Positions 1 through 9,940 are shown, numbered from the stretch's first letter. The stretch is 64,000 nt of DNA from Planctomycetota bacterium (GCA_044225365.1 JBGAIQ010000005.1:64001-128000), one strand, 5' to 3'. The notes: generated from the sequence alone by a model not told the origin. Translations and numbers: made by a program.

Positions 1-490
1 CGGCTCGATGCGCTGGGATCCCCTCGCGACGCCCCCGCGCTTCGATCTCGATCTCGCGATCGAGCAGCTCGATCTCACGCGGCTCAACGATCTGTTCCGG
101 GCGCTCGGCGACTTCGACTTCGAGAAGGGCCGCGCCGATGTCTACGTGGAACTCGCCGCCGACCGCGGGCGCATCCACGGCTACGTGAAACCGCTGCTGC
201 ACGATCTCGACGTCCTCGACTGGAAGCACGAGGAGAAGGGCGAGGGAGTGACGGGCAAGTTGTGGGAAGGCGTCGTCGGCGGACTGTCGCAGATCTTCAA
301 GAATCAGCCGCGCGATCGCCTCGGGGCCCGCATCTTCGTCGAAGGGGACATCTCGGATCCGCGCATCGGCGTCTTCGAGATCGTCCTCAGCGTCTTGCGC
401 AATGCATTCGTGCGCGCGCTCTCGCCCGGCATCGACGACGAGATCGGTTCCGCCTCCGACCCCGTCTCGATCGCGGAGCAACTGCGATGA
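1..490 (+). CDS. DUF748/AsmA-like protein, C-terminal part (5' end outside window)
   Basis: 'GYVKPLLHDLDV...LWEGVVG...IFKNQPRD...VLRNAFVRAL' resembles DUF748-family C-termini; stop overlaps the next ATG (ATGA 487-490). Confidence 0.6.
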   Translation, partial: GSMRWDPLATPPRFDLDLAIEQLDLTRLNDLFRALGDFDFEKGRADVYVELAADRGRIHGYVKPLLHDLDVLDWKHEEKGEGVTGKLWEGVVGGLSQIFKNQPRDRLGARIFVEGDISDPRIGVFEIVLSVLRNAFVRALSPGIDDEIGSASDPVSIAEQLR

Positions 491-1518
491 GTCGGACGAT
501 CGCGCGCGTCGCGAGTTCCTCCCGAGCCGACTGGATCCTCGCGATCTCGGCGGCGTGGGCCTGCACGAGCTGCGCGGCGCTGCTCGGTGAAGACCCCGCG
601 CCCAAGCTCGTCGATCCCGATCTCCCCGCCAAGGAGCGTCACGCGGAGGATGTCGGCGCCGAAACGGGGGCCGAGAACGCCGCTGCCACCGAGGCGCTGT
701 CCGAAGTGCTCTCCACCTTCGTGGACGCCGACGGAAACATCTCGTACGTGGCGCTGCGCACGCATCGGCAGATGCTCGACCGCTATCTCGATTCGCTGGT
801 GCGGGTGCCGGCCGATCGCTTCGCGACCTGGAGCCGCAACGACCAGCTCGCGTTCTGGATCAACGCCTACAACGGATTCGTCATCGACACGATGATCCGC
901 CATCACCCGATCTCGCGGTCGGGCTGGCTGAAAGGGCTGGGGTATCCGAGCGACAGCATCCAGCAGATCGATGGCGTGTTCGCGACGGAGAAGCACGCCG
1001 TCCTCGACCGTCATCTCTCGCTGGACGAGATCCGCGACGGCATCCTGCGGAAGGACTTCCGCGATCCGCGGATCCTCTTCGCACTCGTCAACGGCGCGCG
1101 CTCGAGCCCGCCCTTGCGTCAGCAGCCGTACGCCGGCTCGCGCCTCGATGCGGAGCTCGCGCGACAGATCGAGCGATTCCTCTCTGATCCGACGCGGGGC
1201 GTCGCGGTCGACCAGTACGGGCGCGTGATCCGCATCTCCAAGATCTTCGACTGGTACGCCGGCGATTTCCGTGACGGCTACTCGACGGAGCGCTTCGTCG
1301 CTCGCGCGGCCGAGCTGCGGCCGGCGCTCGAGTTCATGGCGACGTACGGCGACGCGAGACTCGTCGAGGCCTTCGAAGGGAAGACCTACGACGTGAAGTT
1401 CATGGACTTCGACTGGGCGCAGAATCGCTCGGTCCCGGTCGACGACGACCGATCGTTCGATCTCGACGCGATGACCGGGCGCGAAAAGGACGCAGTGAAG
1501 AAGGACGAACCCCGATGA
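487..1518 (+). CDS. DUF547 domain-containing (lipo)protein
   Basis: DUF547 motifs 'QLAFWINAYN', 'DPRILFALV', 'ISKIFDWYAGDF'; signal-like N-terminus with Cys; start at ATG 487 coupled to upstream stop. Confidence 0.8.
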   Translation: MSRTIARVASSSRADWILAISAAWACTSCAALLGEDPAPKLVDPDLPAKERHAEDVGAETGAENAAATEALSEVLSTFVDADGNISYVALRTHRQMLDRYLDSLVRVPADRFATWSRNDQLAFWINAYNGFVIDTMIRHHPISRSGWLKGLGYPSDSIQQIDGVFATEKHAVLDRHLSLDEIRDGILRKDFRDPRILFALVNGARSSPPLRQQPYAGSRLDAELARQIERFLSDPTRGVAVDQYGRVIRISKIFDWYAGDFRDGYSTERFVARAAELRPALEFMATYGDARLVEAFEGKTYDVKFMDFDWAQNRSVPVDDDRSFDLDAMTGREKDAVKKDEPR

Positions 1519-3065
1519 GGACTCCCACACATCCGCACTCGAGCATTCCGGGTCCGCGATCTCCCGCGAGATCGCGGCGCCTGCGAGCCATCGACGTCGC
1601 GCCGCCCGCCATCGTCATGATGATGGCGGGTTGCTCGGCCGGCGTCGGCGGCGGCGGTCAGACCGAATTCGAGCCGCCGCGAACCATCACGCTCTCCGAC
1701 ATCGCGGTTCCCTACGGGTTCACGATCGAGCTGGTCGCGTCGGGTTTGGAATGCCCGACCGGCGTGACCTTCGACGACAAGGGATTCCCCTGTATCGTGG
1801 AGTCGGGCTATCGCGGCAAAGCTCCCCCGGCCGCACCCCGATTGCTGCGCATCGCCGACGACGGATCGAGCACCGTTCTCGCGGTGGGCTCTCCGGAGAG
1901 TGCACCGTGGAACGGCGTCGCTCACGCGGAGGAGTCGTTCTACGTCGCGGCGGGCGGCCAGGAGCGCGGGAGCATCCTGCGCATCGATGCCGCCGGCAAG
2001 ATCGAAACTCTCGTCGCGGATCTGCCGAGCGCCGGCGACCACAAGACGAACGGTCCCGTCGTCGGGAAGGACGGCTCGCTCTACTTCGGCCAGGGAACGG
2101 CCACGAATGCCGGGGTCGTCGGCGAGGATTCGGAGGCGTTCGGCTGGCTCATGCAGCACCCGGACACCTGCGACATCCCGGCGAAGGACATCGTCCTCTC
2201 GGGAGTGAACTTCCAGTGCGACGACGTCCTCTTGCGAAAAGGCACCGCGATCACGGGCGCCTTCCTGCCGTTCGGGACGCCCTCGCACGAGGGCCAGATC
2301 ATCCACGGCCAACTGCCGTGCAACGGCGCGATCTTCAGGCTGCCGAACGTCGCCGCCAGGACGGCGAACTCGGACGCCGAGAAACCCGTCGCGCTGGAGC
2401 TCGTGGCGTGGGGATTCCGCAACCCGTATGCACTCTGCATCGCACCGGATGGCGCGCTGTACGCGATCGACAACGGCTACGACATGCGCGGCAGTCGCCG
2501 GGTGTTCGGAAGCGGCGAGGCGGTCTATCACGTCGAGGCGGATCGCTGGTACGGCTGGCCGGATTTCGATTGCGGGATGCCGCTCACGGACGATCGGTAT
2601 GGCGAGTCCGAGGCCGAGAAGCCGCTCGCCTTCCTGCTGAAGGACCATCCCGAGAACCCGCCCGGACCCTTGGCCGTGCTGCCGGTACATTCTTCCGCGG
2701 ACGGCATCGACATCTCGCGCAGCGAGACCTTCGGATTCGCGGGTCAGGCCTTCATCGCGGAGTTCGGCGACCAGGCGCCCGCGATCGGAACGGTGGCGGC
2801 GCCCGTCGGCTTCAGGGTGGTGCGAGTCGATCTCGCCACGGGGAGCGCGACGGACTTCGCGGTGAATCACGGCGCGATCGGCGGCCCGGCATCGAAGTTC
2901 TCGAACCACGGGCTCGAGCGACCCATCGCACTGCGCTTCGATCCGATCGGAACGAGCCTCTACGTCGTCGACTTCGGAGTCGTCCTCGAGACGCAGGGCG
3001 GGACGAAGCCAATCGTGGGGACCGGCGCCTTGTTCCGCATCCGTCGCACGAGCACGCCGCGATGA
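1515..3065 (+). CDS. Glucose/sorbosone dehydrogenase-like (PQQ-type beta-propeller) protein
   Basis: 'DGSLYFGQGTATN', 'VAWGFRNPYAL', 'WYGWPD', 'AFIAEFGD', 'GLERPIALRF'; lipobox-like MMAGC. Confidence 0.75.
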   Translation: MRTPTHPHSSIPGPRSPARSRRLRAIDVAPPAIVMMMAGCSAGVGGGGQTEFEPPRTITLSDIAVPYGFTIELVASGLECPTGVTFDDKGFPCIVESGYRGKAPPAAPRLLRIADDGSSTVLAVGSPESAPWNGVAHAEESFYVAAGGQERGSILRIDAAGKIETLVADLPSAGDHKTNGPVVGKDGSLYFGQGTATNAGVVGEDSEAFGWLMQHPDTCDIPAKDIVLSGVNFQCDDVLLRKGTAITGAFLPFGTPSHEGQIIHGQLPCNGAIFRLPNVAARTANSDAEKPVALELVAWGFRNPYALCIAPDGALYAIDNGYDMRGSRRVFGSGEAVYHVEADRWYGWPDFDCGMPLTDDRYGESEAEKPLAFLLKDHPENPPGPLAVLPVHSSADGIDISRSETFGFAGQAFIAEFGDQAPAIGTVAAPVGFRVVRVDLATGSATDFAVNHGAIGGPASKFSNHGLERPIALRFDPIGTSLYVVDFGVVLETQGGTKPIVGTGALFRIRRTSTPR

Positions 3066-3442
3066 AGCTCCCACCCACTCCCTTCGTCGGCGCGACCTTG
3101 CTGTGCGCTCTCGTCGCCTGCTCCGAGTCCGCGCGCTGGGCGCCTCCCCTCGGGCCTCCGCTCCGCGTCCAGCCGGGCGAAGGGGCGCAAGCGTTCGACG
3201 CCGCGCGCCGATCCTTCGAGATCCACTGCGATCGATGTCACCCGAACGGTGAGCCGGGCCTCGGCCCCTCGTTGAACGGGACCTCCCTGCCGGAGTGGCT
3301 CGTCCGCCTGCAGATCCGGCGTGGCTTCGGCCCCATGCCTGCGTTCGGCAACGAACTCGACGACGCCGAGATCGATCGCCTCGCATGGTACGTTCGACGC
3401 ATGCAGGCCCAATCGGTCCCGACGCGCGAGCGATTCAAGTGA
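3062..3442 (+). CDS. Monoheme cytochrome c lipoprotein
   Basis: ATG 3062 overlaps upstream stop; lipobox LVAC; CxxCH 'CDRCH'; distal Met in 'GFGPMPAF'. Confidence 0.85.
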   Translation: MKLPPTPFVGATLLCALVACSESARWAPPLGPPLRVQPGEGAQAFDAARRSFEIHCDRCHPNGEPGLGPSLNGTSLPEWLVRLQIRRGFGPMPAFGNELDDAEIDRLAWYVRRMQAQSVPTRERFK

Positions 3443-3500
3443 CGCGTCTTCCCTCGTTTCCAGTCGAGGGGCGAATCGCCAGCGAATACGAGCGCGGCGA

Positions 3501-3528
3501 TTGAGAACGGCGCGGGCCCGAATACAAT
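3501..3528 (+). promoter_or_regulatory. Candidate sigma70 promoter
   Basis: TTGAGA-N16-TACAAT in a GC-rich intergenic gap, 36 nt upstream of ATG 3565. Confidence 0.45.
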
Positions 3529-3564
3529 CGATGCCGCCCACGTCCTCTCTCGCCGGAAATCCTC

Positions 3565-4539
3565 ATGCGCACTCGTCGACTCTGCTGCATCGCCTGCGCC
3601 GTCTTCCTCGGATTCGTCGCCGCCACTGTGCGTGCCGACGAAGTGAAGCTCAACGACGGCAAGGTCGTGAAGGGTGGAGTCCTGAAGGAGACGGACGACA
3701 AGGTCTGGATCGATCTCGGCTTCACGGTGCTCGAGGTGCCGAAGGCGAAGATCACCGAGCGCAAGAGCGACGATGCTGCCGCCGCCGCGACGGCGAGCGA
3801 AGGCAAGGAAGTGAAGAAGGACCTCTGGACCGAGTCGACCCAGCTCGAGCCCATCACGGTGGAGAAGGCGCTCCTGAAGTTCGGCGAAGGCGTGGTGATG
3901 GTGAAGGTGCCGAACGCCCTCGGTTCCGGTTTCATCATTCGCGAGGACGGTTACATCGTGACCAACTCGCACGTCGTCCAGGGCGAGATCGACGTCTCGG
4001 TGACGGTGTACAAGAAGGTCGAGGGCCGCCTCGAGCGCAAGAGCTACGACAAGGTGCAAATCGTCGCGGTGAATCCGTTCATCGACCTCGCCTTGCTCAA
4101 GATCGACGCGAAGGAACTCGGCGACACGAAGCTGACGAAGGTCTACTTCGGGCGCACCGAGGACGTGAAGCAAGGATCGCAGGTCTTCGCCGTCGGCGCG
4201 CCGCGCGGCCTCGACTTCACGCAGACGCAGGGCTCCGTGTCGAGCACGAATCGCGCGATGGACGGCAAGGTCTACATCCAGATCGATGCGCCGATCAATC
4301 CCGGCAACTCGGGTGGTCCTCTCTTCAACGAGAAGGGCGAAGTGATCGGCGTGAACTCGCTGAAGCTCGGCGCGTCCGAGGGGCTCAACTTCTCGATCCC
4401 GATCGACTACGTGAAGCACTTCATCGTCAACCGTGACGCCTTCGCGTTCGACCGCGACAATCCGAACACCGGCCATCGCTATCTCGCTCCGCCCACGAAG
4501 CAGAAGAAGGACGCGACGCCCGAAGGGAAATCGTCTTGA
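3565..4539 (+). CDS. Secreted trypsin-like serine protease (HtrA-like domain, no PDZ)
   Basis: Signal peptide; catalytic triad motifs 'IVTNSHVV', 'DLALLKI', 'INPGNSGGPL'. Confidence 0.9.
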   Translation: MRTRRLCCIACAVFLGFVAATVRADEVKLNDGKVVKGGVLKETDDKVWIDLGFTVLEVPKAKITERKSDDAAAAATASEGKEVKKDLWTESTQLEPITVEKALLKFGEGVVMVKVPNALGSGFIIREDGYIVTNSHVVQGEIDVSVTVYKKVEGRLERKSYDKVQIVAVNPFIDLALLKIDAKELGDTKLTKVYFGRTEDVKQGSQVFAVGAPRGLDFTQTQGSVSSTNRAMDGKVYIQIDAPINPGNSGGPLFNEKGEVIGVNSLKLGASEGLNFSIPIDYVKHFIVNRDAFAFDRDNPNTGHRYLAPPTKQKKDATPEGKSS

Positions 4540-5003
4540 CGGCGCCTTCCGAATGGAGCGGGCAAGGACTTCGAATCGCAGTCCTCTTCTCGCGCTTCAA
4601 TTCCGAGATCACCGATCGATTGCTCGAAGGCGCGAAGCGTGAGCTTTCGCGCAGCGGAGTTACTCGCGATCGCACCTTGTTCGAATCCGTCCCGGGTGCG
4701 TTCGAGCTGCCGCTCGCCGCGAAGATCGCGGCGAAGAGCAAGCGATTCGACGCGGTCGTCGCACTCGGCTGCGTGATCCGGGGCGAGACGGATCACTATC
4801 GCCACGTCTGCGAAGGCGCGACGCGCGGCATCCTGCTCGCGAGCCTCGAGACCGAGACCCCGATCGCGTTCGGCGTTCTGACGACCGACAACGAATCCCA
4901 GGCCCTCGAGCGCTCGGGCAACGACCTCGACGACAACAAAGGTGCCGAAGCGGTTCGCGTCGCGATCGAGATGGTCCACAAGCTCCGTCGGCTCGGGAAC
5001 TGA
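4536..5003 (+). CDS. ribH: 6,7-dimethyl-8-ribityllumazine synthase
   Basis: 'SRFNSEIT', 'VPGAFELP', 'LGCVIRGETDH', 'FGVLTT', 'NKGAEA'. Confidence 0.97.
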   Translation: MTAPSEWSGQGLRIAVLFSRFNSEITDRLLEGAKRELSRSGVTRDRTLFESVPGAFELPLAAKIAAKSKRFDAVVALGCVIRGETDHYRHVCEGATRGILLASLETETPIAFGVLTTDNESQALERSGNDLDDNKGAEAVRVAIEMVHKLRRLGN

Positions 5004-5006
5004 GAC

Positions 5007-5525
5007 ATGCGACGACGCACCCGCGCGCGCGAGCTCGCGCTCCAGTATTTGTTCTGCCTCGAGGGAACGAAACTCGATCCCAAGCCGGATCCCGTGCTCT
5101 TCCTCGACGATCACACGAGCGATGACGACGTGCGCAGCTTCGCGCTCGATATCGTGCGTGGATGCATCGATCAAGGACCCGCGATCGACGAGACGATCCG
5201 CGGCGTCGCGAAACGATGGGACCTCTCGCGGATGGCGGCGACCGATCGCTGCATCATCAAGATCGGCGTCTTCGAGCTGCTCTTTCGCGACGACATCCCG
5301 CCGCAGGTCACGCTCAACGAGGCGATCGAACTCGCGAAACGTTACGGTGCGGAGAAGTCCGGCCCCTTCGTGAACGGCATGCTCGACGCGGTGCGCGAGA
5401 AGACGGGCCGCAAACCGTTCGACAGCCACACGCGCGGTCTCGGCCGCATTCCGGATCCCGAGGGTGAGACGACCGAGGAGCCCGACGAGGGCGGCGAATT
5501 CCCGACTCCGCTGTCGGCGAATTGA
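5007..5525 (+). CDS. nusB: Transcription antitermination factor NusB
   Basis: 'RRRTRARELALQ', 'NEAIELAKRYG', 'FVNGMLD'; classical ribH-nusB synteny. Confidence 0.95.
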   Translation: MRRRTRARELALQYLFCLEGTKLDPKPDPVLFLDDHTSDDDVRSFALDIVRGCIDQGPAIDETIRGVAKRWDLSRMAATDRCIIKIGVFELLFRDDIPPQVTLNEAIELAKRYGAEKSGPFVNGMLDAVREKTGRKPFDSHTRGLGRIPDPEGETTEEPDEGGEFPTPLSAN

Positions 5526-5573
5526 CGTTGCGTCTTTGCGCATCGTCGCACGGGTGATTGGAATCGAGGAAGC

Positions 5574-6482
5574 ATGTTCGCGAAGCTCGCCGCCTCCCTG
5601 AAGAAAACGCGCGACAAGCTCGTTCTCGGCCTCAAGACCATCCTGTCCATCGGCCGCGACCTGGACGACGCTCTGCTCGACGAACTCGAGGAGACGCTCT
5701 ACGGCGCCGATCTCGGCAAGGCTGCGGGTGAGATCATCGAGAAGGCGCGTAAGGCCTACAAGCTGCGCGACCTCAAGACGACCGACGACGTGTTCGCGTT
5801 CTTGAAGAAGGAGATCCGGGCGCGACTCGGCGATCGCTCCGAGATCCGCGTCGCGGCGACGGCCCCCACCGTGATCCTCGTCGTCGGCGTCAACGGGTCG
5901 GGAAAGACGACGTCGATCGCGAAGCTCGCGCGCCACTTCGTGAAGAATGGCAAGAAGGTGGTCGTCGGCGCGGGCGACACCTTCCGCGCCGCCGCGGTCG
6001 AGCAGCTTCACATCTGGTCCGAGCGCGTCGGCTGCGGATTCATCTCCGGCAAATCGGACACCGATCCCGCCGCCGTCGCCTTCGATGCAGCCGATGCCGC
6101 GGTGAAGCAGAAGGCCGATATCGTGATCATCGATACCGCCGGCCGCCTGCACACGCAGGAGCATCTGATGCGGGAGCTCGAGAAGATCTCGCGCGTGCTG
6201 AGCAAGCGCATTCCCGGGTCGCCGCACGAGACCCTGCTCGTACTCGACGCCACCACCGGCCAGAACGCGATCCAGCAAGCCGCGCGCTTCAAGGCGGCCG
6301 TCCCCGTCACGGGACTCGTGCTCGCCAAGCTCGACGGTTCCGCGAAGGGAGGCGCGGTCGTCTCGATCCGCGATCAGGTGGGCGTCCCGGTGAAGTTCGT
6401 CGGCGTCGGCGAGCAGTTCGACGATCTCGAGGTTTTCGATCCCGAGAGCTTCACCGAGTCGTTGTTCGAAGCAGGACCCTGA
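5574..6482 (+). CDS. ftsY: Signal recognition particle receptor FtsY
   Basis: 'GVNGSGKTT', 'DTFRAAA', 'DTAGR', 'DATTGQN', 'KLDGSAKGG'. Confidence 0.97.
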   Translation: MFAKLAASLKKTRDKLVLGLKTILSIGRDLDDALLDELEETLYGADLGKAAGEIIEKARKAYKLRDLKTTDDVFAFLKKEIRARLGDRSEIRVAATAPTVILVVGVNGSGKTTSIAKLARHFVKNGKKVVVGAGDTFRAAAVEQLHIWSERVGCGFISGKSDTDPAAVAFDAADAAVKQKADIVIIDTAGRLHTQEHLMRELEKISRVLSKRIPGSPHETLLVLDATTGQNAIQQAARFKAAVPVTGLVLAKLDGSAKGGAVVSIRDQVGVPVKFVGVGEQFDDLEVFDPESFTESLFEAGP

Positions 6483-6492
6483 TCGCGTCGCG

Positions 6493-7893
6493 TCACATCG
6501 CGCCGAGGACGATCGTCGAATGGCCCGTCTTCGGCTGTTTGGGATCGAGCAGCGCCTTCACCTTCACCGGCGAATTGCCGCTTTCGAGTCCGCCGATCGC
6601 CACGGTGTAGTCCCCAGGGAGGAACAGCGGCACGCCGAACACGTCGAGTTCTCCGTTCGGCTTCATGAGCGAGTAGTCCGCGAGGTCGAGCGTCGCGCCG
6701 TCGGGGGTGAGCAACGACACGACCGGCAGCAAGGTGCCCTTCTTCAGTTTGATCGTCGCGTCGAGGTGCGCGTCGGGAAGGACGCGGACCTTGAACTCGA
6801 ATCCGGTTGCGGCAGCGGGTAGCTCGATCGTCTTCTGCACGCTGCGCGCCGCTTTGGGCAACTTGCGCGACGTCGCGATCGCAACGGGACCGAAGCCGTG
6901 CGAGAAGTTCGACACTCGCACACGGTGGCGACCCGTCGTTCCGAGCGTGACACTGAATGCGCCGCCCTTGCCGAAATCGACGTCCTTCGCCCACACCACG
7001 AGTCCATCCGGATCGACGACCTCGACTCGCGCATGAACCTCTTGACCTGCAGCATTCACGGCGAGGAAGTGCTGCGTGAACTTCATCCCCACGACGCCGT
7101 CGAACGTCGCATCGAAGACGTCGCCGGCACTCACGGGCACGATCTTGATCTTGTCGCCCGGAGCGAACTTCGGCAGGACGCAGCCGTCGAGCACGAGATG
7201 AAGCCGCTCGTTCCATCGCGCGGCCATCTTCTTCTCGCCGCTCTCGCCGGGATGGAATCCGTCGTAGGTGTCGGTCGTCGCGTCGTAGCCGGTGAATTGA
7301 TCGACGAGCAGGACGCGCGATTCGGGGCGATCGACCGCCGCGACGAGCGCGGGGATCTCCGAGTTGAACGCGAGCAGAGTAGGCGGCACTTGCCCCGACA
7401 GCTCGATCGGAACGATCTGCGCGACGAGGATCTTCAAGTTCGGCCGCGCCGCGCGCAGGTTGAGCAGGATCGACTGGAGATTGAGGAGCGCCGTCGTCAC
7501 CGGCACCGCGTGGTTGATGTCGGTGTTCCCCATGTGGACGAGCGCGACATCGGGGGTGTACGCGCTCGCGAGCCCTTCGATCGCGAGACTCATCTCCGCG
7601 GTCTGCCAGCCCGAGTGGGCTTCGTGGTCCGGATCGAAGTCGGAGTAGAGCGGAGGGCCGCCGAAGACACCTTGCTGACTGCCCACGAAGTCGAACGGGA
7701 TGCCTTCGTCGTGCAGGGTGTGATCGAGCCAGTAGCGCCAGCTCGCATGACCGGTGTTGGTCTCCGTGATCGAATCGCCCACGGGCATGATGCGAACGGG
7801 CGCGCCTGCGCCGGCATTCCCCGTTGGCGCGGGGACGAGGGCCGGACCGAGGCAGACGAGGAGGAGTGCGGCGAGCATGGAACTGCCCCTCAT
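6493..7893 (-). CDS. Secreted SGNH/GDSL hydrolase with C-terminal beta-rich domain
   Basis: Signal peptide; 'IMPVGDSIT', 'HEAHSGW', 'HMGNTD', 'DGFHP'. Confidence 0.85.
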   Translation of the reverse strand: MRGSSMLAALLLVCLGPALVPAPTGNAGAGAPVRIMPVGDSITETNTGHASWRYWLDHTLHDEGIPFDFVGSQQGVFGGPPLYSDFDPDHEAHSGWQTAEMSLAIEGLASAYTPDVALVHMGNTDINHAVPVTTALLNLQSILLNLRAARPNLKILVAQIVPIELSGQVPPTLLAFNSEIPALVAAVDRPESRVLLVDQFTGYDATTDTYDGFHPGESGEKKMAARWNERLHLVLDGCVLPKFAPGDKIKIVPVSAGDVFDATFDGVVGMKFTQHFLAVNAAGQEVHARVEVVDPDGLVVWAKDVDFGKGGAFSVTLGTTGRHRVRVSNFSHGFGPVAIATSRKLPKAARSVQKTIELPAAATGFEFKVRVLPDAHLDATIKLKKGTLLPVVSLLTPDGATLDLADYSLMKPNGELDVFGVPLFLPGDYTVAIGGLESGNSPVKVKALLDPKQPKTGHSTIVLGAM

Positions 7894-8189
7894 CGTTCAT
7901 CATGTTCGCAAGGAATGCAACTCGATCGTCGCTGCATCTTCGACGTGAACTGGATTCTCGCTCGAACCCGGCTCGAATCCGCGTACGATCGACGGTGGAA
8001 ACCGGGCGGCTGCCCAGCGCGTAAGACTCATCTCCCCTTCTTCCCCTTTTCCCGGAGTCACCGCCCGGATCCATTTTCCGCCCCGCCGCGCGCCGGCGTG
8101 GTCCGCGAATCGAAACGAGTCTTCGGCGAGTTCGGCTCAAGTTCGAGGCCTGAACCGTCGAAAGCGGATCCATCTTCGAGGATTCCGCA

Positions 8190-9014
8190 GTGCCCGACTC
8201 ACCTCACCCTTCGACCTTCCTGCATTCGCGCAACGCACGTTCGTTGCCCGTCGGCTGGATCGTCGTGCCCGCGCTCGTCGTCCTCATCGGCTTGCCGAAG
8301 GCGACGACACCGACTCACGTGATCGCGCTCTTCAGTCTCGGCCTCGGCGTCACCTGCGCCCTGCTCCTCGTGCGGACGATCGTGCTGCAGCTTCGCAAGC
8401 CGTACACCAGTGAGCTCGCGGCGCTCGCGAACGAGATCGAACCGCTCCTCGATCGCTCGACAAGATTGCCTCCCGCGGTGAAGTCCCCCCGCGCAACGAC
8501 GCCGCCCATTCGCCGCCGCCTGCCCGCGCGCTCCACGCTCGCCGACCTCCTCGGCCTGCTGCGCGAAGAACACGCGGAGCTCGCGGCCGCTCAGCACGTC
8601 GGGCTCGATTTCCGGATGCACGGCGATCTCGACCACGCTCCACTCGAACTCGAGACGATTCGCTTCGTCCTCGCCCATCTGATCGACAACGCGATCCGGC
8701 ACGGCCACGATGCCGTGACGCCGGGACTCGTGGAACTCCGCGCGAACCCGATCGACGACGGCAAGGCCGTGCGGTTCACGGTCAGCGACGACGGTCATGG
8801 CGTCTCCCCCGCTTCGCGCGCGAGCCTGTTCGGAGAGATGCCCTCGACTCGCCGTCCAGCACCGAGCTTGAAGAAGCCGGGCCTGATGCGGTGTCGCGAG
8901 CTCGCCGAAGCGGTTCAGGGGACGATCGCCTGCGAGCCTCGTACTCCGCGCGGCACTCGATTCGTCTTCGACATCCCGGTGAAGGTCGGGCGGCCGCAAT
9001 TCCTCGTCACGTGA
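8190..9014 (+). CDS. Membrane histidine-kinase-like ATPase (degenerate)
   Basis: Two TM segments; N-box 'LIDNAIRH', G1 'VSDDGHGV', 'GTRF'; H-box position reads 'LANEI'. Confidence 0.65.
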   Translation: MPDSPHPSTFLHSRNARSLPVGWIVVPALVVLIGLPKATTPTHVIALFSLGLGVTCALLLVRTIVLQLRKPYTSELAALANEIEPLLDRSTRLPPAVKSPRATTPPIRRRLPARSTLADLLGLLREEHAELAAAQHVGLDFRMHGDLDHAPLELETIRFVLAHLIDNAIRHGHDAVTPGLVELRANPIDDGKAVRFTVSDDGHGVSPASRASLFGEMPSTRRPAPSLKKPGLMRCRELAEAVQGTIACEPRTPRGTRFVFDIPVKVGRPQFLVT

Positions 9015-9837
9015 CGGGGGCGGCCCTCGAACTCCGCGCGGCGAACTCGATGTGACTCGCCCGACCGAGCAACTCCCGCTCGCTGCCGATCCGTTCCTCG
9101 AGTGCGAGCAAGCGACGCTTCGTTTCGCCGTCGTCGAGCAGCGATCGATTCTTGTGCATGGGGAGCACCGGCCTCCCGATCATGCTGACCACCGACAGGC
9201 CCGCATCGCTCGCCAGTCGTTCGATCTCGGCGGCCTTGAACATCTTGGTCGGGAAGCGCTCGTCCTTGTCCTTCGCGAGCCATTCGCTGCGGCCATCCTT
9301 CATGAATCGCTCCAGGGCCGCGACGTCGCCGCGCTCCAGCATGTGCTCGAGACCCGCGTACCGTTGGTCCACCGAGGCGAGGAACACGCCGCCATCGACG
9401 AGCAGCCGCTTCACGTTGCGAAGCGCGAGCGCGACGTTCGGAACGAACGACAGCACATCGCCGAGTGCGATCACGAGGGAGTAGCGCGCTTCGCCGAGCA
9501 TCGCGGGTAGATCACGATCGTCGAGGCTGGCCCGCACGAATCGACACTCCGCCGTGAGCCCGGCCTCCGCGTAATTCTTGCGCGCCTGTTCGAGCATGCC
9601 CTCGGAGAGGTCGAGGAAGTCGGTCGCGTAACCGCTCTTCGCGAGCTTCACGCCGAAGTGGCCCGGCCCGCATCCGGCATCGAGGACGTTCGCCCGCGCT
9701 TGAATCGGCAGGAAGCGCTTGAGATGTCGCCACGTCAACTCGCGGCAGAACGCGAGGTACGAATCGCCCTCGTGCTGCTCCTCGTAACGGGGAGCCACTC
9801 GATCGTGATAACGTTCGTTGGAACTGCGCCGGGACAT
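9007..9837 (-). CDS. Class I SAM-dependent methyltransferase
   Basis: 'VLDAGCGPG', 'LDLSEGML'; start taken at MSRRSSNERY (ATG 9837 or GTG 9840). Confidence 0.85.
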   Translation of the reverse strand: MSRRSSNERYHDRVAPRYEEQHEGDSYLAFCRELTWRHLKRFLPIQARANVLDAGCGPGHFGVKLAKSGYATDFLDLSEGMLEQARKNYAEAGLTAECRFVRASLDDRDLPAMLGEARYSLVIALGDVLSFVPNVALALRNVKRLLVDGGVFLASVDQRYAGLEHMLERGDVAALERFMKDGRSEWLAKDKDERFPTKMFKAAEIERLASDAGLSVVSMIGRPVLPMHKNRSLLDDGETKRRLLALEERIGSERELLGRASHIEFAARSSRAAPVT

Positions 9838-9940
9838 CACCGAATCGTACGCCCGGTTCGTCGTCCGATCGTCTGTGTTTTTTCGATGACTCGAAGCCCC
9901 AGGAGCGGGCGCGCCGTGCGGCGCTCGTAGACTGCTCGCG

